Position numbers and translations under genes: made by a program
The notes under the pieces: model-generated
Told to the model about the DNA's origin: nothing
Databases searched by the model: none
What the model saw: only the letters and a program-made list of their open reading frames with translations
Shown here: one piece after another, positions 16,444-26,900 of the stretch
How the letters are laid out: every line of letters starts with the position of its first letter
How positions within the stretch are numbered: position 1 is the stretch's first letter
Source of the DNA: an uncultured virus (IMG/VR IMGVR_UViG_2687453470_000001)
Lineage: Duplodnaviria > Heunggongvirae > Uroviricota > Caudoviricetes
Length of the DNA stretch: 33,928 bases
IMG/VR virus record: IMGVR_UViG_2687453470_000001
Direction: 5' to 3' (one strand)

Positions 16444-17199
16444 ATGAAACTAACAGCAAAAATCAAAAAAGCGGTAATGGCCCATGCTGATGAATGCTAT
16501 CCGCATGAATGCTGTGGGGTCATTGTAGACAAGGAATATATCCCTTGTCGAAATGTAGCAAACAAATCAGATCAGTTTGAAATACATCCTGAAGACTTAG
16601 CTTTTGCAGAAGACCAGGGCGAGATATTAGCGTATGTGCATTCCCACCCTGACGGAACTACAAGAGCCTCAGAACTAGACTTAATTCAAATTGAGTTACA
16701 TCAAAAGCCTTGGGTAATTTGTTCCTATCCGGATCTAGATTTTCAAATATATGAACCATGTGGTTATCGCGCCCCTTTAGTGGGGCGTAATTATTTTCAC
16801 GGTTGGCAGGATTGCTACGCTCTTATACGCGATTTTTATAGTCGTGAATTAGGAGTCGAACTTATGGATTTCGAGCGTAAAGATGCTTGGTGGGAAGATA
16901 AAGATCATCCATCACTTTATCTTGAGAATTATGAGAAAGCAGGCTTCTATGAAGTAGATACGCCGCAATATGGCGATATGCTTGTTTGTCGTGTTGGGCG
17001 TACTGAACATCCCAATCATGCGGTTGTTTGGCTTGGGGATAATGGGCAGCTTAAATCGGAACAAACTGAGCAATGCATAGGTTCAAGTCTAATTCTTCAT
17101 CATCCATATAATCGTAAATCTGTTCGTGAAATTTATGGCCAACAATGGCAAGAGCGAACAGTAAAGATATTGAGGCATCGAGATGTTAAAAACCATTAA
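16444..17199 (+). CDS. Tail assembly protein K (JAB/MPN plus NlpC/P60)
   Basis: HA...YP.ECCG, HSHPDG....SE.D JAB motif; DCY.L.RD and NHA NlpC/P60 motifs. Confidence 0.95.
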   Translation: MKLTAKIKKAVMAHADECYPHECCGVIVDKEYIPCRNVANKSDQFEIHPEDLAFAEDQGEILAYVHSHPDGTTRASELDLIQIELHQKPWVICSYPDLDFQIYEPCGYRAPLVGRNYFHGWQDCYALIRDFYSRELGVELMDFERKDAWWEDKDHPSLYLENYEKAGFYEVDTPQYGDMLVCRVGRTEHPNHAVVWLGDNGQLKSEQTEQCIGSSLILHHPYNRKSVREIYGQQWQERTVKILRHRDVKNH

Positions 17200-17854
17200 A
17201 CTGTATGGAGTATTGGGACAAAAGTTTGGCCGTGAATTTAAACTTGATGTTTTAAATACACGTGAAGCTATGCGTGCATTAGCAGTACAAGTTGAAGGTT
17301 TCGAGCAGTTCATGTTGAAAGCACATGAGCAGGGACTCCAGTTTGCTGTATTTCTTAAGAGTAAAAATTCAAGCAAAAAGCGTGGAAAGAAAAGCCCATC
17401 AATTTATGACCATGAATCAAAACGACTGATTACTGGAGACAATATCAGTGAAGACCAGCTTGATATGACTACACAAGCTGAAGTTATTCATGTTGTGCCT
17501 AGAGTAGTTGGAGCGGGCGGGGGTGGTGGCCTTCAAACAATTATCGGGGCTGTTATGGTAGTTGTAGGGGTGGTTGTAGGGGTGTTTGCTGGATGGACTG
17601 GTGTTGGTGCAGTTGTGGCACAAGGGTTAATCGGGGCGGGTATCGGCATGATGCTTGGTGGTGTGGCAATGATGCTTATGCCAAAGGTCGATAATACTCA
17701 GGACCAAAACCAAGATGGTAATAGGGCAAACCAAGGATTCGGTGGAGCTGTAACTACGGTTGCCCAAGGGAACCCTGTTCCAGTTTTATATGGCCAACGT
17801 GAAGTTGGTGGATTCATTGTGAGTGCTGGTCAGTATCCTGAAGACCAGATGTAG
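17183..17854 (+). CDS. Tail assembly protein I (lambda gpI-like)
   Basis: I.LYG.LG.KFG, VPRVVGAGG, hydrophobic Gly-rich segment, QGNPVPVLYG. Confidence 0.95.
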   Translation: MLKTIKLYGVLGQKFGREFKLDVLNTREAMRALAVQVEGFEQFMLKAHEQGLQFAVFLKSKNSSKKRGKKSPSIYDHESKRLITGDNISEDQLDMTTQAEVIHVVPRVVGAGGGGGLQTIIGAVMVVVGVVVGVFAGWTGVGAVVAQGLIGAGIGMMLGGVAMMLMPKVDNTQDQNQDGNRANQGFGGAVTTVAQGNPVPVLYGQREVGGFIVSAGQYPEDQM

Positions 17855-17877
17855 AAAATTTGTTGTGATGTTTTTTT

Positions 17878-17900
17878 AAGGCGCTTTAAGCGCCTTTTTT
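17878..17900 (+). terminator. Intrinsic terminator
   Basis: AAGGCGCT-tta-AGCGCCTT plus T tract. Confidence 0.8.
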
Positions 17901-17920
17901 ATTGCGCGAGATTTAAACCT

Positions 17921-20900
17921 ATGGCGATTGTAAAAGGCGCGAAAAAGGGCAAAGGTGAGGCAAGAAAACCTGTAGTTGCTCCAGATTCCGCACAATCTAA
18001 AACCTATATAAAAATCTTATATGGTTTAGGTGAAGGCGAAATTGAAGGATTAGCCAATGGCAATCAATCAATATTTCTTGAAGGAACTCCACTACAAGAT
18101 GCCAATGGGAATCTGAATTATTCAAACGTAAAACTAGATTTCCGTAAAGGAACTAATGATCAAGATTACATTGAAGGTTTTCCTTCAGTAGAAAGTGAAA
18201 CTGCTGTCGATGTCGAATTGAAGTCAGGTGCTCCATGGGTACGAGCTTTTAATAATATTGATCTTGATGCCGTTCGTATTCGCTTAAAGTGGGGACCACT
18301 TCGCCAGCAGGACTCAAGCACTGGTGATGTTAGTGGTATAACAATTGAATATGCTATCGATATACAAACTGACGGTGGTGCCTGGACAGAAGTATTAAAA
18401 ACAAAAATATCCGATAAGACTTCTGCAAATTATGAACGAGCTCACCGTATTGATTTACCAAAGGCCGATAGTGGTTGGTTAATCCGGGTACGTCGCATTA
18501 CACCTAATTCAACCTCTGAGTTTGTAAGCGACAAAATGTATGTTGAGGCATTTACTGAAGTTGTTGATGCAAAATTAAGATACCCAAATACGGCATTATT
18601 AGGTCTGCAATATGATGCCGAAACTTTTGGAAATGTGGCGAAATTAGCTGTAGATCTGAAAGGTCGATTGCTTTTAGTACCAACCAATTACAACCCGCAA
18701 ACGCGACAATATACTGGAATTTGGGATGGTACTTTTAAAAGAGCTTACACAAATAACCCGGCATGGATTTACTACGACCTTTGTACAAATGATCGTTATG
18801 GTTTAGGAAATCGCTTAACCCCATTCATGATTGATAAATGGTCTTTGTACCGTTTAGCTCAATACTGCGATCAAAGCGTTTCCGACGGACTTGGCGGCCA
18901 AGAACCTAGATTTACATGTAATGTGTACATTCAAAATGCTGAAGATGCTTTCAGTATATTAATGAAATTGGCTGGTGTCTTTCGAGCGATTGCCTTCTGG
19001 GATGGTACAAGCATTATATGTGATGCCGATATACCACAAGACACATATTTCACCTATACCCGTGCAAATGTGGTTGGTGGTGTTTTCGAATACTCAGGAA
19101 CACGTGCACGTGATCGGCATAATGTAGTTAAGGTTGCGTGGGATAATCCTGCAAATCACTATAAAACAGAATACGAATTTGTTCGCGATGAAAATGCTAT
19201 TGCTGAGTCTGGCCAAGTACGCATTCTTGAATTAGATGCGTGGGGATGTACTTCTCGTGGCCAGGCTCAACGTGCAGGCCACTGGGCTTTAAAATCCGAG
19301 CAAAAGGAGACTCGTACAGTTTCGTTTAAAGTCGGTTTAGATGGGCATATTCCACTGCCAGGAAGAGTAATTGAAATTGCGGATGAACTGTTTGCAGGAC
19401 GTGCTAATGGCGGACGTGTATCTAAAATTTCTGCTGATCTCAAAAGCATAACCATTGATCGAGATGACGTTATTGCTAAAGCTGGTGATCGTCTGGTTAT
19501 CAATGGCGAAAATGGCAAAGCACAAACGCGAATTGTTCAGTCGATCTCTGGTCGGGTTATCACAGTAACACTTCCATTCGATGAGAATTCAATTGCTGTA
19601 CAAAACGTATGGGTTCTTGATGCTCAAGATTTAGCGACAATGAAGTTCCGCGTAATTTCAATCTCGCAAGAAGAAAAACACCAATTTAGCATTACAGCGC
19701 TTCAGTACAACCCGCAAAAATTTGATGAAATTGATAACGGGGCATTCTTTGAAGATGCACCTATTTCAATTATTAATCCTTCAATCCAGGAACCGGTTAA
19801 AGATGTTTTGATTACGACTGAAAGTCGTGTTGATCAGGGTATTAATATCACCACAATGATTGTGTCTTGGATGCAAGCGAAAGGTGCCGTTAAGTATCTG
19901 GTTGAGTGGCGAAAAGATGATGGATCGTGGATCCGGTTACCGCAAACAGGAAATAATTCAGTCGAGGTACCTGGTGTTTATTCAGGTCAATATCAAGCTC
20001 GTGTTACCGCAATTTCTGCTTTTGAAATCGCATCTTTACCGGTTACATCTTCCTTAACTGAAATTACTGGAAAGCAGGGATTACCGCCGAAAATAGCTTT
20101 TATACGTGCCACAGGTATTTTGTTTGGAATGAAGCTTGATTGGGGATTCCCTCCAACAGGTGCAAAAGATACAGCTTATACCGAAATTGAAGTTTCACCT
20201 GATGGCATCAACAATATTGCTCAATTAGGATTGTTTGCATATCCGACTACCACTACCACAATCCAAGGTTTACAACCTAATCTTAGACAGTTTTATCGCG
20301 GTCGATTAATTGACCGGATTGGCAATGTTGGTCCTTGGTCTGAATGGGTCAATGGTACGACCACAGCAGATCCGGAAGCGGTTCTTGATCTTATTTCTGG
20401 TCATATTAATGAGAGTGATCTTGCCCAAGAGCTTCAAGGTAAAATTGAAAATTCAGTCGATGTATCTGAAGCAGCCCAAGCTGCAGCAAATAATGCCCAA
20501 GCTGTTGCTAGTAGCGCCCAAACTGCAGCTAACAATGCCCAGGCTGTGGCCTCTGAAGCTAAGACGGCGGCCTCGAGTGCTCAATCGGCAGCAACCACTG
20601 CTCAAACACAAGCTTCTTCAGCCCAAAAAATAGCAAATGATGCGAGTGTTATAGCGACCAATGCTAAAAATACTGCTGATCAGGCAGCTGAAGATGCGTC
20701 TTCAGCAATAACGGCAGCAGCAGAAGCAAAAACTACTGCTACTAATGCGAATACGACCGCAACGAATGCACAAACAACCGCAAATAATGCTTCTTCGGCA
20801 GCATCAAAAGTTGCTTCAGATTTAACAACCTCAACAAATCAGTTGAATAAGAAAATCGCTGATGAAACTGATGCACGCACAGCGGCAATTTCTAAACTGA

Positions 20901-23900
20901 ATGATGGTCTCACCACAGAAACGTCTCAGCGCAAGTCAGAAGATGCTGCACTGTTAAACAATATTGAGACTTATAAGTCGAGCACCAATGGCACTTTGTC
21001 TAGTCTGCAAACGCAAATTAATACTAACGCGACAAATACAAGTGCAAATACATCAAAAATCACTTCGCTTGACTCTCGTTTAACCACAAATGAAGGCAAA
21101 ACCGCAGATGCGATTAATGCAGCGGCAACAGCTCAACAGGTAGCAAATACAGCTGTTACTAATGCGGCAGCAGCAGCATCGGCAGTTACCTCGCTAAAAT
21201 CAGAGTTGAGTACAGGCAAAGGCATCAACAATATCATTGCGCCTTTTTCTGATCCGCAAGAACTATCGCCTTACATTATCGGCGCATCAAGAACTGTCGC
21301 TTTAGTCAATTCGCCTATGCGCATTAATGGTAAGGCTTATGACGTAACCTTTAATGCGGTTGCAGGCAGTATTTATTTTGGCTCTTCGTCAGTTTCTACG
21401 GTCAATACTGCAGCGGCAGGTGTGGTAAGTGGCGGTAAGCGTTACATGCTTAGCGCCTACTTAAAAAACATTGATCCTACAAAGCAAGCGGAAGTTTATT
21501 TTACGCTGCATTGGTTCAAACGCACGTCAGAAGGCGCCTACTCAGCAACTCAAACAGTATTAATAAATCAGGCAACTAACACCACTCGAGTAACACCGTC
21601 AAATGAGGGTGGCACAGTTAGCTGTAAAGCTGTAGCAGCACCACCAGATGCAGTTGCCTTTGTGGTTATCTGCTCTGGCAACAGCGTTTATAACGTCGCT
21701 GGTTCACGCATTCTCATTGACATGTTAATGCTTGAAGAGGTCGTTGGAGTCGATGTCCCTGCTTCGACTTGGACTGCTGGCCCTGCTGATTTAAGCGCTA
21801 TTAAATCCGCTCTTGATGCCAATGCTTCTGCTATTAGCAATCTTAAAACTCGTGTAACGAACGCTGAGGGGGTAATTACTAGCCAAGGCAATTCAATTAC
21901 TCAATTGAATAACAGCGTTACTTCTATCAATAGCGAACTTACCAAAAAAGCCGATGCAACCACTCTAAACGCCTTAACCAACCGAGTATCGACAGCAGAG
22001 GGCACAATTACAAGCCAGGGCAATTCAATTACGTCTTTACGTAATGATTTAAATGCCACCAATGACAAGGTTGCGTCTAAAGCTGATTCAAGCGCTCTCA
22101 ATTCTTTGGATTCAAAAGTCTCAGAAATTGATGGAAGAGTAACTAGCAACACGAGTGCCGTTACTGCTCTTCAAGGGCGTGTTACGACAGTTGAGAACGG
22201 ACTATTAACCAAAGCAGACGCATCTGCTTTAAACAACTACTACACGAAAACAGAGGCGGATTCTGCTACTTCTGGCGCAATCGACAAGTTCAACAGTCAA
22301 TTGACGATCGGTGGTGTAAACGTTGTTGCGAACTCCGAAGCTCCTCGCACTTCAACCGCCGCAACGAATCGCGAATATTTACTGTATGAACGTAGCGCCG
22401 AATTAAAAGCGTTCTATGACGAAAACCTTGAGAAGCCAATCACGATTTCGTTTGAAATGAGCGTTCCTGTGGCTGGACCAGTTCAAGTTTATTCGTCAAA
22501 TGGTTCTGCTCACCAATTCGTTACTTCCGTTAACGCGGTTATCGTCAATCAGTTTGCCAAATACTCAGTAACAGTTAGTCCAAAAGCGCATACGGCAAGT
22601 ACAACTGTTTCGACAATTGAGTTCTATGGAACGTATGGAACTGGCCGTATCCCGACGATTCGTAAATTACAAATTGAAGCGGGCACAAAGGCTACCGCTT
22701 GGAGTCCAAGCCCTCGTGATACAAAGGCTGCAATTGATGCCAATGCTTCTGCTATTAGCAAAATAGATACCCGTGTAACAAATGCCGAAGGCACCATTAC
22801 AAGCCAAGGCAATTCAATTACTCAATTGAATAACAGCGTTACGTCAATCAATGGCGAACTTACGAAGAAAGCTGATGCTACGGCTTTAAATGCCTTAACC
22901 AACCGAGTATCGACAGCAGAAGGCATAATTACAAGTCAAGGCAATTCAATTACGTCTTTACGTAATGATTTAAACGCAACCAATGACAAGGTTTCGTCAA
23001 AAGCGGACTCAAGTGCATTAAATTCCTTAGATTCTAAGGTTACAAGCATTGATGGAAGAGTAACGAGCAATACGAGTGCTGTGACCTCATTGCAAGGTCG
23101 TGTTTCAACCGTAGAGGGTGGACTTTCATCGAAAGCAGATGCCTCAGCATTAAGCAACTATTACACCAAGACAGAAGCCGATGCTGCTACTTCTAGTGCA
23201 ATTAATAGCTTCAATAGCCAGTTAACGATCGGCGGCGTAAACGCTGTTGCGAATTCAAAGGCACCACGCACTTCAACCGCCGCAACGAATCGCGAATATT
23301 TACTGTATGAACGTAGCGCCGAATTAAAAGCGTTCTATGACGAAAACCTTGAGAAGCCAATCACGATTTCGTTTGAAATGAGCGTTCCTGTGGCTGGACC
23401 GGTTCAAGTTTATTCGTCAAATGGTTCTGCTCACCAATTCGTTACTTCCGTTAATGCAATTATCGTAAATCAATTTGCCAAATATTCAGTAACAGTTAGT
23501 CCAAAAGCGCATACGGCAAGTACAACTGTTTCGACAATTGAGTTCTATGGAACGTATGGAACTGGCCGTATCCCGACGATTCGTAAATTACAAATTGAAG
23601 CGGGCACAAAGGCTACCGCTTGGAGTCCAAGCCCTCGTGATACAAAGGCTGCAATTGACGCCAATGCTTCTGCAATTCAAACGACCCAAACAAAAGTTGA
23701 CAATATCGATGGTCGGCTAACCACTGCTACAGATTCGATTACGTCACTAAATTCGCGCATGTCTACAGCCGAAGGAAATATCAACAGCACAAATACTGCG
23801 GTTGGTGGACTTTCGACACGCATGGCAACCGCTGAGGGCAAGATCACCAATCAAAGTGATTCAATTGCATCGCTACAAAATAGCGTCACCTCAATCAATG

Positions 23901-26900
23901 GAACACTGGCAAACAAAGCCGATTCAAGCGCGGTCAATAACTTAACTAGCCGAGTGGAAACAGCCGAGGGCAAGATTTCAAGTCAAAGCGGGCAGATTAC
24001 TTCGCTTAGCAATAGCCTTGATCTAACAAACAGTAACTTGAACGACGTAAACGTTCTGGCGCGACTGTTATCTCTTGGCAAGCCTCTACGTGACGACCCT
24101 ACTTTTAAACTGGGTATGGGTGGATTGGCACCATATGCTCTACAGTCAGGCTCTACATTAACAAGACAAGCGGTATCGGCTGACAATCCAACAGAATCTA
24201 CATATGAGGTTTTATTAAGAGCCACTACCACTTTAGGTTCAGGCTGGTATCCAAACAACCCTACTGTACTCGGTGGACCAAACAAAGCGTTCTTGGTTAA
24301 GCAAGTAATTAAGATGCCTACTGGTCAAAGAGTCTATCCATACAACAATCCACTCGGTACTGGTGGCTTTGTCCGTATGTTAGGTAATGCAGAGGGAACG
24401 GGTAAATTTGAAACTTATTATTCTATTATTCAGTGTGGTCCTGATGCTAGTAAGTCTATTCAAGGTCACTTTAGAGTAATTAATAGCACTAACCCGCCAG
24501 TTCCTACAACAAGTAATCCAGTTGATGTAATTCTTGCCTCTTATGAAGTATTTGACGTTACCGCAGTAAATGACACTATTCCTAAAGCATATAGTGATGC
24601 CATTTCTGCAAATGCAAACGCGATTAATAGCTTATCGAATAGTGTCACTCAGCAGGGTAATACTATTACTTCTCATAGTAATTCTATTACATCCTTAAAT
24701 AACAGCATCACAAGCATTAATAGCTCACTTACAAACAAAGCCGATGCAAGTGCGCTAAATAACCTTTCGAATCGTGTGACAGCGGCAGAAGGAAACATTA
24801 CAAGCCAAGGCAATTCTATTACAAGCTTAAATAACACGCTTACGAATAATGACTTGTCGAATCTTGTTCTCAATCCTGACTTCATCGATCCTAAAAATGG
24901 ATGGACGTCAGGCGTAATTGTTGATGCTACTGATGCAGCGCCGAATCCACCGTCGCTAAAAGCATTAAAACTCAATAACCGTGATAGCTATTACGGTCCA
25001 TTCGTAAAATGCAATGTTGGTGACATGTTTTATGTTTCCGCGTGGTTTGCAACGCCAAATACATCAGCAACCGCTTCCGCAGTAATTGGATTTAATACCC
25101 GAAATAGTGCAGGTACTTATACATGGTACACAGTAGCAGTTAAATCGACCGACAAGAATGCTTGGGGCTTTGTGGAAGGTTATTTCACGGTTCCTGCGGG
25201 TATGGTTGACATCCGACCTTGGCTACAAGTGAGCATTGCTGCGTCAGAAGCAGCGGGGCAGCAATGGCATGTTACGAATATTCAAGTTCGTAACATTACT
25301 GGTAACAAGAAGTTAGCAACTGACTTACAAGCAACATCGTCTGCATTAAGTACGCTTGATTCCAAAGTTACCAACATTGACGGTCGTGTAACTTCTGCAT
25401 CAAACAGCATTGTTTCTCTTAACAATAGCGTTACGAATATCAATACCGCACTTTCTCAAAAAGCGGATGCTGCGGCTCTCAATTCGCTTTCTAACCGGGT
25501 AACCACTGCCGAAGGGAATATCACCAGTCAGGGTAATTCAATTACATCATTGACTAACTCGTTAGCTGTGAGCGGAAAAGGTGGAACTAACCTTCTCATC
25601 AAATCTAATGTTGTTGGTACTTATGATGGCATTTCATATCCGCATCATACTTACAAACTCGGTGAAGATTGGGAAATTGGGGCTACATATACTTTAATTT
25701 GGTGTGCCGAGCACAAACGTGGGACAGGCGATACAAACTCATCACTTGCTGTATACGAAGGTGGTGGCTCACAACATCTCCAAGCTGTAGTAAATACAAA
25801 TGGTAAGGTTGTCAGCAAAGTTACCTTTGTTAAAAACAGCGCAGTTGCCTCTGGCCCAATTATCCACTTCTACATGCTCAACCGTCCGACAGCCGACAAG
25901 GGTAGTGTTGGTACGGTTTATTGGGCGGTGCTTGTAAAGGGCGATGTACTCACGACTGATGCTTGGATTCCGAGCGCTTATGATTATATCCCTGATAGCA
26001 ACGCAAACGCTTCTGCTATCACCAACCTCACTAACACAGTCACACAGCAAGGTAATACTCTTACGTCTCATACGAATAGTATTACTTCACTGAACAACAG
26101 TATCACCAGTATCAACGGCGTTTTGAATACTAAAGCCAATACTTCTGCTGTTTCAGATCTCGATAGTCGTGTTACAGATGCAGAAGGGAAGATTACTGCA
26201 AATACATCTTCAATCACTAGCCTTACAGCAAATTTAAAAAGCACTTCAAATGGCATCACCATGTCTGCATCAATTGATGTGGATCCAGATAGTGAATGGA
26301 TTTACTGGACCAAAAATGGTGAAGTTGTGAGAGCTGATGACACATCTGCACTTGGAGGAAAAGTCTATCGATTTGGTAATAATGCTGGTAACGACCATGT
26401 GAACGCCAGATCAAAAGCCAAACTTCCTTTTGATCAAAATAAAACGTACCGCATCCGTGCTAGATACCGTCGAGTCAGTGGAACGGGAACCATTTATTGT
26501 GCGGTGTTTGGAATTGCAAAAGATGGTGTTTCACATGTTAATTCCAGCAATACAGTGACCACTGATGCTGGCTCTTCTAACTATTTTGTTACAAACCAAG
26601 CGCCTGCACTTAATGCATGGCAAGAGGTTACGGTATATGTCAAAGGTCGAGCAGCAGGAGCAGCTACAGGAGGCTGGACTTTAGATAATCCTCGTCAACT
26701 GCCAAATGCTACGGCATTTATAAGTGTCCAATTCCTTGCGAACTACTCTAGTGCAGCAGGTGAAGTAGATCTGGATTACCTTATTATTGAGGATGCTGAC
26801 GCGATTGCTGCCAATGATGCTACTGCGAAAGCTTTATCTTCACTTGACACTCGGGTGACTACTGCTGAAGGTAAAATTACTTCTCAAGGTAATTCAATTA

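Noticed and set aside
20470..20820. Ala/Thr/Asn-rich periodic sequence as a CRISPR array or DNA tandem repeat
   Set aside because: Heptad protein repeat with degenerate codons inside J; no identical repeats with spacers
22346..23656. Diversity-generating retroelement TR/VR pair in the tail fibre
   Set aside because: Differences include C/T changes and are not adenine-specific, both copies are in-frame coding, and no reverse transcriptase is in the window
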